This document shows positions 35,420-46,041 of a DNA stretch of 64,000 bases, piece by piece; the stretch's first letter is position 1, and each line of letters starts with the position of its first letter. Source of the DNA: Candidatus Kaiserbacteria bacterium GW2011_GWA2_52_12. GTDB lineage: Bacteria; Patescibacteriota; Minisyncoccia; Phycocordibacterales; UBA2100. The stretch lies in assembly GCA_001004345.1 (NCBI GenBank), contig LCQW01000006.1:656-64655 (forward strand), given 5' to 3'. The position numbers and the translations under genes were made by a program. The notes below the pieces were generated by a model. That model ran no database searches. It worked only from the letters and a program-made list of their open reading frames with translations, and was not told the origin of the DNA.

Positions 35420-38368
35420 TCAAGATTCAATGCGGGAGAAGACAGCACCGATGTCGTTCCAAGCGTAGTCAGGCCGGTGCCTGTTCACGTGCGCACCCCC
35501 CGCGTCGGCGTGGCCGAAAGACACAAGGTGGCCGACACCGGAAGGCGTATTGGACCACGTATACTCGTCTGTTAAGAGCCGCTCATTGCGAGATTTTGTC
35601 CCGACAAGGTAACGAAACATCATGTTCGCGGAAGGCTCACGCAAAAGTTGCGATATGGAGAGTTTGGAAAGTTTGTCGGACGCTTCAATAAATCTGTTAC
35701 TATTTTTGTCATCCTTCATTAGGGTTTCAATACCCAACTTTTCGCGTACGAATTGACGCTCCGCTTCTGCGTAGGCAGGGGGGAACGTACCACCGAATGT
35801 CTCCTTGGCATAAGCGATGAGCTTCTCGGTTTGCGGAATATATGAGAGGCTCTTTGTGCCGTTAATCGTTTTGCGCGAAACCACCTGCCACCCGGCCTTA
35901 GGCATTTGCGCCCGTATAGCTGCATATTGGGGACCGGAAAACCATGCGCTTCCGAGCATCTCACCATTTTCGCCGAATTGGTCTTTGTAAAGCCGGAATT
36001 TATTCGGGTTGCCGCTCCTATCCCGACCCTCTACATTGCTCCCGACAAGCTCCGCCATTTTCTCGATAGTCAAAGGCGTTCCATCGGGCATCTTTTCAAC
36101 GACAAGCTGTAACATACAGTCACGCGCTTTGTAGTCTTTGAGTTCCTGTGCTGAGTACGGTACAAGAAATACTTTCTCTGGCGTAAAGCCAAAAGCGTCT
36201 TTTATATCCGCATCTGCCCACAACCGCTCACGCCCGATGGCTCGCTCGGCCGCCTCCACAGTGAGCACGCATTCTTTCGCAAGCTCGGCGAGGAAAGCGT
36301 CCTTACTCAAACTGCGAGCAAGTTCACCGGAGATTAGTATGAGTTCTTCGGGTTTCTCCGCATTCACTCCCGCATACTTAACGCCCTCTTTTTTGAAGGT
36401 CGCACCCGAACGAATCGTGTAATTGAAACGACTTCCCTGAATTGCTCCGATATCATAATCGGTCGGTTTTGCACGTACACGCTCTCCTTTTTCAGTCAAA
36501 TACTCGACGGTCTCCACGGTGCGGGATTCTGATACCTCTCTCGGGATATCCGTGCTGTGCCGCGCAGTCTCTCCTTTGATTTCAAGGGGGCGCGGTACGC
36601 GAGGTGAGAGGTATCCTATATCTAAATTTGTCATCGGTTCCGTGGAGTTCGTAGGGGTTGGAGTCAAGATGCTAAAGTGCTTGAATACCGCTTCCATTTT
36701 CGCCCGATCATTCGGCGGGCATTGCGAGACGAATACGTTCGCTTTGTACGAGAGCCAGTCGGAAAACGTCTTTGCGCGGAGGCTCGGGTCGGCGCTCTCC
36801 ATGCGCGTACCGAATCCTCGCATCCATGAGGAGATTTCCTTCAATGTCATGGTCGAAGATTGCAACGTCAAAGGTTCTGCATTTGGGGCATTTTGAGCGA
36901 CGACGGCATTCGTAGTCGGATTGAATCGCAAAAGCGACGGTTCGAGCCGCGCGCGTTCGTCCGGATTGTCAGCCGTATATGAATCCTGTATCGCGCGGAT
37001 CGCATTCGCGACGCGCCATAGAGTACCGTGTCGAGCATCGTTCGACGTGGCTATGATTTTTTCTTCAGCAGCGATATCTCTGCCGTCCTTAGTTTTTTGA
37101 TTCACAACCTCTTTGCGTTCGTAGGCGGGCGCGAGCTCGGATTTTGGAATAGAGATATATTTCTTGTCATCCATGAGTGTCGCGAGCATAAATTCGTAGA
37201 GCTCAGGATTCTCCGGACTTTGCGGCGGGTAGTCCACCTTGATCTCGGCGAATTCACGCTCAAGAGCGGGAGGAAGTTTGTCGAGTTGATGACGCGCTCC
37301 GGCAGGGTTCGTCGTGGCAATCAGCGAGAACCCTTTCAGAACAGGATGCTGAACGTTTTCATGCATCTGATCACCCGGCTTCTTCTGCGCAATCTCTTTG
37401 ATGAGGCCGAATGTTTTGTCGAAGTTGATTTTGAGCAATTCGTCCGCTCGTACAATGCGGCCGTGCATGCGCTCCGGTCGATTATCCCGCGAGGATACAA
37501 AGCCCGTGGCCGCGCGGGAGGCGGCACCATAGCGCAGATAGCTTCCTCGCTCGTCAATCTCTTTATCGGCAATCAAGTCATGTTCTCCAGTCGAGGACGT
37601 GCAAGCAATCTTTACGCATTTATCATCAGTCAACTGTTCCGCAACCGCGTCCGCTTGTTCGGACTTGCCGACGCCCGGCTCGCCGACAAGGAGCGGAAAA
37701 CGTCCGTTGGACAGTGCCGCACGAATCGAGCGATGAATATCGAGGCGCGACGGAAGCCATGCGAACCCCTTCTCGGCCTCATCGTGGTAGCGTCCAAGTG
37801 TCTCATGCATAAGGTGTGCCGCGACGTCGGTCTTGTCTGCCGTCTTCTCTTCACCTTCAAGCCGCGTCAGTGCGTCGCGCTCAACGCGCATCTTCGCAAG
37901 ATCGCCCGCCGACTCCATAAGCTCTTCGCGCGTCAGCTTCTCCGACGCAGGGCCTTTCACGTCTCCGATAAAAAGTTTGTGTTCAAGTTCGCGATGCCGC
38001 AAAGATAAAGCTCCCGTAGAACGAGTCATTTGCGCGATATTGCCATATAGCGGAGAACGTTCGGTGCCTTTTATCTCCGCGCGACCTCGCGCGAACACTC
38101 GTGCAAACGTATTGCGGGTCTCTTTGTCGGACGCAAGCGCGGAGGCGCGGGAACGCAAAAGGGCCACGTCTTCCGATTCCGATTTCTCAGAACCCGCCAT
38201 GCGTACGAACGAGACAATATCGTAGAGTTCCTGTGCTTTTTCCCCAGCAGACATCGAGGAAAAGCGCTTTGGTAACTGCGCTTCGAGAGCATCTTTGAGA
38301 AAACGATCCATCCACCGCTCGACGACTGCTTCAGGCTTCTTGAGTGTGGCGGCTTCTTTCATCATCAT
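35420..38368 (-). CDS. Large MoxR-family AAA+ ATPase (AAA_5-type) with long N- and C-terminal extensions
   Basis: Walker A LLVGEPGVGKSE, Walker-B-like RADELLKINF, and LIATTNP sensor region. Start moved to the MMMKEAATL ATGs (38362-38368) to avoid a 116-nt overlap with the upstream gene. Confidence 0.6.
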   Translation of the reverse strand: MMMKEAATLKKPEAVVERWMDRFLKDALEAQLPKRFSSMSAGEKAQELYDIVSFVRMAGSEKSESEDVALLRSRASALASDKETRNTFARVFARGRAEIKGTERSPLYGNIAQMTRSTGALSLRHRELEHKLFIGDVKGPASEKLTREELMESAGDLAKMRVERDALTRLEGEEKTADKTDVAAHLMHETLGRYHDEAEKGFAWLPSRLDIHRSIRAALSNGRFPLLVGEPGVGKSEQADAVAEQLTDDKCVKIACTSSTGEHDLIADKEIDERGSYLRYGAASRAATGFVSSRDNRPERMHGRIVRADELLKINFDKTFGLIKEIAQKKPGDQMHENVQHPVLKGFSLIATTNPAGARHQLDKLPPALEREFAEIKVDYPPQSPENPELYEFMLATLMDDKKYISIPKSELAPAYERKEVVNQKTKDGRDIAAEEKIIATSNDARHGTLWRVANAIRAIQDSYTADNPDERARLEPSLLRFNPTTNAVVAQNAPNAEPLTLQSSTMTLKEISSWMRGFGTRMESADPSLRAKTFSDWLSYKANVFVSQCPPNDRAKMEAVFKHFSILTPTPTNSTEPMTNLDIGYLSPRVPRPLEIKGETARHSTDIPREVSESRTVETVEYLTEKGERVRAKPTDYDIGAIQGSRFNYTIRSGATFKKEGVKYAGVNAEKPEELILISGELARSLSKDAFLAELAKECVLTVEAAERAIGRERLWADADIKDAFGFTPEKVFLVPYSAQELKDYKARDCMLQLVVEKMPDGTPLTIEKMAELVGSNVEGRDRSGNPNKFRLYKDQFGENGEMLGSAWFSGPQYAAIRAQMPKAGWQVVSRKTINGTKSLSYIPQTEKLIAYAKETFGGTFPPAYAEAERQFVREKLGIETLMKDDKNSNRFIEASDKLSKLSISQLLREPSANMMFRYLVGTKSRNERLLTDEYTWSNTPSGVGHLVSFGHADAGGAHVNRHRPDYAWNDIGAVFSRIES

Positions 38369-38375
38369 AAATGTA

Positions 38376-40895
38376 TCACGCCGAACCGGCCTCTTGGAAC
38401 CCTCCCACAAGCGCCTTGAGAGCATACTCAAAGCGCCCTTTTCCCTTGTCTGGGAAGAGCTTGAGCGCTTCCGAGACGATATGGCGAGCAACGATAACGG
38501 GTAAATGATTCAAATCCTTCACAGTTTCACCGCGACTTTTAGGAGTTGTGTATATTTGTTTGACCGATTTTGCGGCATCGGTGAGCCCCAAGCCGACCAC
38601 GACTGCGCCCGTGTTGCCGAGTTCTTCCGCGAGCGCGTGGACGCGGGCCGGATCGTCCGGTTCGCCGTCGCTCATGGGGAGCACGATACGCAAGCGGTTA
38701 TCTTTCTTTCCACCCGCTTCCGTCGCTTTAATATCCTCCTTGATCTCGCGGAGCACAGTTTGGAGGGCTTGCACGTCGCCGTTGCCGCTTCCCTGATTGC
38801 CAAGGCTTCGCCACAAAGTGACCTTCTCCGCCGCCTCGAATCGAGGCGAGAGCGGTTTGTCAACGTCAAGTTCCTTGACGCCTCCGCCCCTGAAAGAAAG
38901 AACTTCCGTGCGTACATCGAGAGAACTTCCGGGAAGCGCCGCAACGCCCGAGCGAACCAACTTTTCTTGAAAACGGTGAAGCGCCGAGAGAAGAAGATAA
39001 TTCATTGTGCGCTGAGTTTTCCATTTCACGGCACCGTCAACCGTTTGCGACATCGAGCCCGATTTGTCGTCAATGAACCACACGTCAAATCCCCCGAAAA
39101 GTTGTTCCTCTTTGGGCGTTTCTGTTTCTTTGATTCGCGAGCGAGGGTCTTGTTCGCCCGACACCGCTCCGATATGTTGCGCGACGATATCATCGATGCG
39201 TTCACCCCCTTCGCGTCGGCGCAGAGGACCAGAATATTCCGATTCGAAAGAGAGGCGAGAATCGACAATCATATCGAAAAGCTGCGAGAGAGCATTAGTC
39301 ACCTTACGACCATCTTTCAGCCGAGCATCTTCGGCTTGTGCAATCTCCCGCGCGATGTCCCGTGCTTCAGAAAGTTCTATTTTTGCCTCCTCGGCAAGCG
39401 CACGCTCTTCGGGAGTATACGAAAGTTCTTCAACGTGTTTCGCCAACTCTTCCTCAAGTTTTTGTAGCTGCTCATCAGTCGGGCCGACATCTTCTTGCCC
39501 GCCATAGTCACCGGGAGCGGATTCGCCGCCCTCTCCTTCTTGATCGATCTGACTATTGAAGATGGGATCGCCCGGAGGCGTCGCATCAACGCGCATCCAT
39601 TCTCTCGCTTGGTCATCCCATATCTCGCTCCATGCGTGGCCCGTGCCGCTGTGAATCATGCTCGTCCCTTTTTCATTTTTGCCCTTCACCATATGACCGA
39701 CGACGTGACGCGCTGGAACGCCGAGCCGCGCGCAGAGGGCCGCGAAGTAGGTGTTTCCAACATCGCAATCGGCCTTCTTATGCGTGTCTATTGCAAAGCA
39801 GTAGCCGTTCGGATCTGAACGATACGTGTTGTTGAATTGGCTTTCGTTGGAATATTGGAGCCGTTGCATCACATAGCGCGCAAGAGCAAATCCTCTCGCG
39901 CGATTGCCTTGTTTCGTTTTCTCTATTTCCGCGATTACGCGCTCGGTGTCTTCGGTGAAGCGTTCGGGAAATGCAGCAGACGCTTCCGGAGCTCCAATTT
40001 TCAGACGCGACGCTTCCGATTTCACTCGCGTCCAAGCACCGCGCTGCACATTAGCGGAAATGGTAATAGAGTCGTTCTCTGCATTGCCTTGTCCGAGTTT
40101 GTCTTCTTCATACGCATAATCGCTCTGCTTCCACACCTTGCGCTCGGGATCCCAAGTATCGAACGACTGTTCGCGGAAGTATCCGCCATATGCTGGATTG
40201 ATTTTCCAGATCGCAGTAGGTTTCTCTCCTTTCTCAAGGCGGCTCATCTCATCCATTGAAGGCTCGCTCTCCTCGCGTGCCGGAGGAGGGATTGGATCGT
40301 CCGATGGCTTCTCGCGCACTTCTCCCTGTTCTTGTTCTTTCGTGCGATCACGTTCGTCGAGGACATTCGCCCCCGCAATGTAATTATCAAATCGTTTCGT
40401 CAGATATTCTGTCTTGCTGGCGAGCGGCGCACGAGGATTTAGAAGGTACTGCAAATCTCCGCTTTCGGAGAGTTCCGCTAATTTGCCTTTGGTCATTTCA
40501 AATCGCGGTTCGTATGGAGTCCCGTCAACTTGCGAAAGAATGCCTCGAAAGAGATCTGTCGCGCGAGGAGATAATTGGCGGACGGTTGCGGAAAGTCGAT
40601 CAGCGAGAAGTCCCGCCAGTGCGCTCCGCGCGCTCTGCGGCATACGCGCGGCACCTAGCTCCGAAAACTCCTCGAAGAGTCGATAGAACGAGCGAGCAGG
40701 AGAGGTGCTTCCTCTTTGACGCCAATCATTCAAGGCCCGCACGCGGTCGTACTGATCTTTTGCGGATTCGTATTCTTCAATCTGGAGGGCACCAAATAAT
40801 TGTCGTTTTGAAAGAATATCGTCCAATTTTTGCGAGAGAGGCTCAGTTTTCGTATCGAGCGATTTTAGTATTTCAAAATCTCTAGCTTTTGGCAT
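38376..40895 (-). CDS. Large protein with a transglutaminase-like cysteine-protease core and a C-terminal von Willebrand factor A (vWA) domain
   Basis: TGase triad motifs GYCFAID (Cys), GTGHAWSEIW (His) and WMRVDATPP (Asp). vWA MIDAS motif DDKSGSM. Long acidic coiled-coil-like linker. Confidence 0.6.
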   Translation of the reverse strand: MPKARDFEILKSLDTKTEPLSQKLDDILSKRQLFGALQIEEYESAKDQYDRVRALNDWRQRGSTSPARSFYRLFEEFSELGAARMPQSARSALAGLLADRLSATVRQLSPRATDLFRGILSQVDGTPYEPRFEMTKGKLAELSESGDLQYLLNPRAPLASKTEYLTKRFDNYIAGANVLDERDRTKEQEQGEVREKPSDDPIPPPAREESEPSMDEMSRLEKGEKPTAIWKINPAYGGYFREQSFDTWDPERKVWKQSDYAYEEDKLGQGNAENDSITISANVQRGAWTRVKSEASRLKIGAPEASAAFPERFTEDTERVIAEIEKTKQGNRARGFALARYVMQRLQYSNESQFNNTYRSDPNGYCFAIDTHKKADCDVGNTYFAALCARLGVPARHVVGHMVKGKNEKGTSMIHSGTGHAWSEIWDDQAREWMRVDATPPGDPIFNSQIDQEGEGGESAPGDYGGQEDVGPTDEQLQKLEEELAKHVEELSYTPEERALAEEAKIELSEARDIAREIAQAEDARLKDGRKVTNALSQLFDMIVDSRLSFESEYSGPLRRREGGERIDDIVAQHIGAVSGEQDPRSRIKETETPKEEQLFGGFDVWFIDDKSGSMSQTVDGAVKWKTQRTMNYLLLSALHRFQEKLVRSGVAALPGSSLDVRTEVLSFRGGGVKELDVDKPLSPRFEAAEKVTLWRSLGNQGSGNGDVQALQTVLREIKEDIKATEAGGKKDNRLRIVLPMSDGEPDDPARVHALAEELGNTGAVVVGLGLTDAAKSVKQIYTTPKSRGETVKDLNHLPVIVARHIVSEALKLFPDKGKGRFEYALKALVGGFQEAGSA

Positions 40896-40945
40896 GAATA
40901 CATAGTAGCAAAAGACTGAACGTTAGAATACGGAAAAAATCAGTG

Positions 40946-43069
40946 TTACCGCATCCTCTCAAATATAGGCTCGAATAGAGGCTCGAGCAGAGCAGCTCCG
41001 GCCGGACTCACGTGATCGTTATCTCGGTACAACAGCACCTCCCCGCGCTGAAGAGGGCAGCCTGATTGTTCGGAGCAGAGGACACTCGAAGGGTCTATCA
41101 CATACACACCTCGTATTTTTGCGACGCTATCTATTACTGCATCGGCGTTGGAGCGGAATGCAGTATTTTCAGCTGAAGTTATTCCCTGTATCTCAATTTC
41201 TTTTCCGGTCGCCACCGCTTTGTAAAACGCTTTTCGTGGATCAAACTCGGGCTGTTCCGGCGTCTGCTTCATGATGTAGACGTTGCGTTCTCCACCGACC
41301 AATCGCTGCACCATGGGTGTCAGATGTTTTTGAAGAGCGATCTTCGCCTGTTCGGGTGAGTTGGACATCGCGCCTGGCTCGGCAACACGCTGCCCGCGGA
41401 CGTTGAATGGTCCACCCATGACGTACGAGCTCCAGCTCGCGACCAAAAATATGTTCTTGATATCCTTATCTCTGATGTACTGCAGAGCGTTCGCCCTCAC
41501 CCGCGCGCAACTTTCTGCTTGGGTTGGTAGTGCAATGCCGATGACGGGAATGCAGCTTGAATCGAAAAACACCACACCCTGCATACCAGCGCGTCGTCCC
41601 AGATCATCAAAGAATGGTATGAGAACTTCCGTATGACTATCGCCCCAGACAATGAATTTCGGTTTAACTCCGGAATTGGTATTTCCTATCCTGCACAGTC
41701 CCCCGTACGCCGACTGGTCACCCGGTAGCTGAAAACAATTGTTGATGAACGGTGTTTTGGCGGCGCCAAGCATAGCTAATGTCGCTTTTGCGGACGGCGG
41801 TATCAAATTCGCATTTGAAATGTCATTGCGATACATGAGGAATCCCAGCGCAAGTAGAGCGGCCATCGACCCGAACCCAAGCGCGAACGCCGCTTTCCGT
41901 GTCTGAATAATGCCCTTTTTGTTTCGGAGTGGTTTCTCGACAAATCGATACGAGAGCCAAGAAATAACGAGGACGAACACCAATAGTCCGGCAGTAGTAA
42001 ACGCGCTTAGCGGTACGGGGGACAAAATTCCGGCAAAAACCAAAACAGGCCAATGCCAGAGATAAAGCGAGTATGAAATTAACCCGATCCAAACGAGCGG
42101 CGCGTACGAAAGTACTCTGCCTGTTTTGGTTTGTATGTGATCGTTTGCCATTATGATGATCATCGCTCCCACAGTCGGAAATAGTGCCGCAATGCCGGGG
42201 AATGACGTCGCGTCACTCAAAAGAAATATCGAACCGAGGATGGAAACAATCCCCGCCACCGTCATTGTTTCGGCCCAAAGGGGCGAGCGTATCTTCAATG
42301 AAAGTATCGCCGCAATGGCGCCAAGACCAAATTCCCATGCACGCGTAAAAATCAGATAAAATCCCGCCGTCGCAAAATATATCGGATCATAGCCCTTCAT
42401 AAATGTCGTATTGAGGACGGCGCCAGGTCGCATGTTCACAAGCAATATATTGAGTAAGAACGATGCGGCGCTAAGCACAATGATGCTTATGAGCAGTATC
42501 CGCTCACTTCTTAGAAAAGTCGTATCGGGGTGTCTGGCGCTCGAGATGAACGTACGCCTGGCCAGCCACGCACTGAGAAGTACGATGAGCGGGAGCAGCA
42601 GATAAAATTGCTCCTCGACCGATAGTGTCCATGTATGCAGAAGCGGCGAATGGATGGACGGTTGATCAAAATAATTATCCGAAACCATAAAGAGCATGTT
42701 GGACGCGAACACGCTCTGCGCGATCACCGAGCTTCCGAAATGATGGTAGTCATACGGATAGAGAACGATGAAGTACGCAGCGATACTGCTGCACAGCATG
42801 ACTACCGTGAGCGCGGGAAGTATCCGGCGTACGCGCCGCTCCCAAAATCCGAGCAAAGAAAACGAACCTCCCCGGAGATCGCGGACCATGATGGAGGTGA
42901 TAAGGAAACCCGAGATGACGAAAAAAATGTCCACCCCTATGAATCCCCCGACGACGCCGAGCAGCTTCGCGTGATACAGAATGACCGCAATGACCGCGAT
43001 AGCGCGGAGACCATCGATGTGCGGCCGATACCGCAGCGCGCCCGCATGTTCAGAATGTTCCAAAGGCAT
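40946..43069 (-). CDS. Acyltransferase-3 (OafA/YrhL-type) membrane O-acyltransferase with a C-terminal SGNH-hydrolase domain
   Basis: RYRPHIDGLRAIAVIAVILYH...GVDIFFVISGFLIT N-terminal acyltransferase-3 signature and a long C-terminal soluble domain. Length 707 aa. Confidence 0.8.
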   Translation of the reverse strand: MPLEHSEHAGALRYRPHIDGLRAIAVIAVILYHAKLLGVVGGFIGVDIFFVISGFLITSIMVRDLRGGSFSLLGFWERRVRRILPALTVVMLCSSIAAYFIVLYPYDYHHFGSSVIAQSVFASNMLFMVSDNYFDQPSIHSPLLHTWTLSVEEQFYLLLPLIVLLSAWLARRTFISSARHPDTTFLRSERILLISIIVLSAASFLLNILLVNMRPGAVLNTTFMKGYDPIYFATAGFYLIFTRAWEFGLGAIAAILSLKIRSPLWAETMTVAGIVSILGSIFLLSDATSFPGIAALFPTVGAMIIIMANDHIQTKTGRVLSYAPLVWIGLISYSLYLWHWPVLVFAGILSPVPLSAFTTAGLLVFVLVISWLSYRFVEKPLRNKKGIIQTRKAAFALGFGSMAALLALGFLMYRNDISNANLIPPSAKATLAMLGAAKTPFINNCFQLPGDQSAYGGLCRIGNTNSGVKPKFIVWGDSHTEVLIPFFDDLGRRAGMQGVVFFDSSCIPVIGIALPTQAESCARVRANALQYIRDKDIKNIFLVASWSSYVMGGPFNVRGQRVAEPGAMSNSPEQAKIALQKHLTPMVQRLVGGERNVYIMKQTPEQPEFDPRKAFYKAVATGKEIEIQGITSAENTAFRSNADAVIDSVAKIRGVYVIDPSSVLCSEQSGCPLQRGEVLLYRDNDHVSPAGAALLEPLFEPIFERMR

Positions 43070-43107
43070 CGCAAGATTTTGCCACAGACAAATGATATAG
43101 TCGACTG

Positions 43108-44211
43108 ATGAAACTCGCCTATGTATCGCTCGTGCGACTGCCTACCGATCGCGCGCACGGCTATGCAATGATGAAAATGTGCGAGCATTTCGCCGCCCGC
43201 GGCCTCGATGTTGAGCTCGTGGTGCCCACGCGCCGCCACGGGATCAAAGACGACCCGTTCCATTATTACGGCATCGAACGCAACTTCACGATACGGAAAC
43301 TGTGGGCCACCGACTTTCTGGGTCGTTTCTATAAGTCGCGACTTTCGTTCTTTATCGACCAACTCACCTTCCTGCTATCCCTTTTGAGACAGAGGTTCGG
43401 CAACACCATGGTCTATGCGCGCGATTATCAGGTCGCGCTTTTCGTACGGTCAAAAAACATCACGCTTGAAGTCCATACTATTCCGCACCGCGTATGGTTG
43501 TTCTCGCTCGCACTGTCGCGTGCTCGCCGGATCGTGGTCATAAGTGGCGGTCTCAAAAAAGCGCTCATCGCGCTCGGCGCTCCCGAACATAAAATACTTG
43601 TCGCGCCAGACGCCGTCGATCTGTCCGAATTCGACATCACGCCGTCGCGCGAAGTATGGAGAGAACACGGTGTTGATCCGCAAAAGAAAATCGTTCTGTA
43701 TACGGGGCATTTTTACGGCTGGAAAGGCGCCGAGACGCTTGCAAAAGCTGCCGCCGCACTGGAGGGCGATGCGGAGGTCGTGCTCATGGGCGGGATAGAC
43801 GAAGAGCTCGCTTCGTTCAAAAAAGAATATGCCGGCCCGCACGTATATGTCATCGGCTTCCAGCCTCGCAAAAATATTCCGAATTTCCTCATGTCCGCTG
43901 ATGTCCTCGTTCTTCCCAATAGCGCCAAACCTAAAATTTCTTCTCTGTACACGTCTCCGCTCAAGCTCTTTCAGTACATGGCGTCCAGCGTGCCTATCGT
44001 TGCGTCGGACCTGCCGAGTATACGGGAGATACTCACCGACGAGACGGCATTCTGGTTTGCTCCCGATGACGAGAATGCGCTCGCGCGGCAGATAGAATAC
44101 GTACTCGCACACAAAGATGAAGCCCAGCAAAAGGCTGCGCGCGCGCACGAGGAAATCAAAAAATACACGTGGGATGCGCGGGCACAGGCGATCATCGTAA
44201 GCCTGCACTAG
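43108..44211 (+). CDS. Glycosyltransferase family 4
   Basis: GT-B architecture; GT4-like C-terminal domain (LVLPNSAKPK..., YMASSVPIVASDLP). Length 367 aa. Confidence 0.7.
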   Translation: MKLAYVSLVRLPTDRAHGYAMMKMCEHFAARGLDVELVVPTRRHGIKDDPFHYYGIERNFTIRKLWATDFLGRFYKSRLSFFIDQLTFLLSLLRQRFGNTMVYARDYQVALFVRSKNITLEVHTIPHRVWLFSLALSRARRIVVISGGLKKALIALGAPEHKILVAPDAVDLSEFDITPSREVWREHGVDPQKKIVLYTGHFYGWKGAETLAKAAAALEGDAEVVLMGGIDEELASFKKEYAGPHVYVIGFQPRKNIPNFLMSADVLVLPNSAKPKISSLYTSPLKLFQYMASSVPIVASDLPSIREILTDETAFWFAPDDENALARQIEYVLAHKDEAQQKAARAHEEIKKYTWDARAQAIIVSLH

Positions 44212-44247
44212 CACTCCGTACGACCAACTGATATTAATAGGTACTGT

Positions 44248-46035
44248 ATGGACACTGCCGCTGCAGGTGAATCGAAAATGGATCGAGCGTGGTTGCCACT
44301 TTGCCTCGGAGTTATTTTCCTACTTTCACTCATACCGCTTGTTCACCTGCTCTATGCCGGCGCCGGTATTCAAGGAATAGCCGCCCCGGCGTATCTGGAC
44401 GAATACTATTCTCCGTTGATACGCGAAGTGGTAGATGGCAACCCGTTTGTCGGTAACCCATGGTTTTTTGAGCATCGTGATGATATCAGCCCAAGGCCCA
44501 TCCTTCCGTATTGGATCTCTGCACTTCCTCTTTTGGCTGGTTTGCCGCTTGCGCTCGCCGTCGCGATGAATTTTTCACTGTGGTCACTCACATTTGGACT
44601 CATACTGTATTTTTTCTTCCGGCGGTTCGGATTACCGCCCGCATGGAGCGGACTTGGAGCGATCTACATATACATACAAACGTACACCTTCCTTCTCCGA
44701 CCTGTTTCGATGCAACTCGTATATCCGGCGTTCCTACTCCTTATTCTGGTCTTCTCACAATGGTGGAAACAACCTGAAGATCGATACCGCAGCGCATTTC
44801 TCGGACTTACCGCAGCGCTTACCTTTTATATGTACGGATTCCTGTATCAGATCTCGGTAGTTTTTCTCGGTCTCGTATTCATCTTTCTGCTGTATCAGCG
44901 CGACTGGAAGAGGGTGGTGCATGCGCTCATCGTCGGCGCTTGGACGGGAGTTTTGATCATCCCGTTCATCATTACAACGCTCGCAGAGGTCAATGATCCA
45001 CATTATCTCGAAGCGATGATGCGTACAGGGCTCGTATTCACGCACTCTCTCAACGTACTAGGGGCACGTCAGGCAGTAGCTGCGATTACTTTTATCAGTT
45101 CAGTATATCTTGCTTCCCGTTGGATATTTCGTACTCACGAGTACGGAAAAACTTCATCTATGGTGCAGTTTCTCCTTCTGGGACCTGCGATCGTGATCGT
45201 TTCCTTGTCCAATGTAATTACCGGAATGGATGCCGAGACCAGCAATCACATGGCCCGGTTTTTTAATCTATGGCTCATCTTGAGCAGTATCGTCATCGCA
45301 TATGCGCTTTTTACCGCACGCAGACAGATCTCGCAACTCACCGTACCGAAAAAAATAATGCTCTCGATATTTGTGATATTTGTTTTATATCTGAATAATG
45401 CCTTCCCTCTAACCCCCCTGACCGCAAGCTTCCTTATGGGCAATGAACGTGCCGCCATACAAGAGGACAACGCCATGTTGCCGGCATTGCAATGGCTCGA
45501 CGCGCAGTCGCTTCAGCCGCATGTGGTGTGGATAGACCCGCACAATTCCCGACTCAACAGTATCCTTCCCATCTATACAAAGCATTATGAACTTCTCGGA
45601 AATGACGGTGTAATGCAATTGGTTTCTTCTGACGAAGTGGAGGAGCGCTACCTCGTGGCTTCAGCCACTACTGATGTAACTGAAAAGAGCATCGCAGCGG
45701 ATATTTGGCTCTGGGGGTTTGGCGGGTATGCTATCGATACGCCCAACACGAAAAACAGGGAGGTACACCAGTGCACGTTGCTTCATCTCTACTTGCTTGG
45801 GATTTCCTGCGGACAAAGCACCGATGCTTCGAAACTCTATGCGCCGCTCGTTGCGAGTATGTACGCGAGATATACTCGAGACATACAGCCACATCTTGGC
45901 GAGGAACTAAAAAAATTTCATGTCACGTACATTATAAAAGACACCCAGACTGACACCCAATTTCATCCAGAACGTTTAAAAAATGTACAGCAGGTGTATT
46001 CAGACGGACGATACCTCATATACAAAGTCATCTGA
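44248..46035 (+). CDS. Polytopic membrane protein with a C-terminal soluble domain (candidate GT-C-like glycosyltransferase or polymerase)
   Basis: More than 10 predicted TM segments. No confident motif. Confidence 0.3.
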   Translation: MDTAAAGESKMDRAWLPLCLGVIFLLSLIPLVHLLYAGAGIQGIAAPAYLDEYYSPLIREVVDGNPFVGNPWFFEHRDDISPRPILPYWISALPLLAGLPLALAVAMNFSLWSLTFGLILYFFFRRFGLPPAWSGLGAIYIYIQTYTFLLRPVSMQLVYPAFLLLILVFSQWWKQPEDRYRSAFLGLTAALTFYMYGFLYQISVVFLGLVFIFLLYQRDWKRVVHALIVGAWTGVLIIPFIITTLAEVNDPHYLEAMMRTGLVFTHSLNVLGARQAVAAITFISSVYLASRWIFRTHEYGKTSSMVQFLLLGPAIVIVSLSNVITGMDAETSNHMARFFNLWLILSSIVIAYALFTARRQISQLTVPKKIMLSIFVIFVLYLNNAFPLTPLTASFLMGNERAAIQEDNAMLPALQWLDAQSLQPHVVWIDPHNSRLNSILPIYTKHYELLGNDGVMQLVSSDEVEERYLVASATTDVTEKSIAADIWLWGFGGYAIDTPNTKNREVHQCTLLHLYLLGISCGQSTDASKLYAPLVASMYARYTRDIQPHLGEELKKFHVTYIIKDTQTDTQFHPERLKNVQQVYSDGRYLIYKVI

Positions 46036-46041
46036 TCCCGA

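Noticed and set aside
37028-38008. 326-aa plus-strand ORF, with a similar one at 38505-39467
   Set aside because: Both are antisense to the MoxR-like and vWA/TGase genes. The Arg-rich translations have no motifs, and the coding-strand genes carry strong domain signatures.
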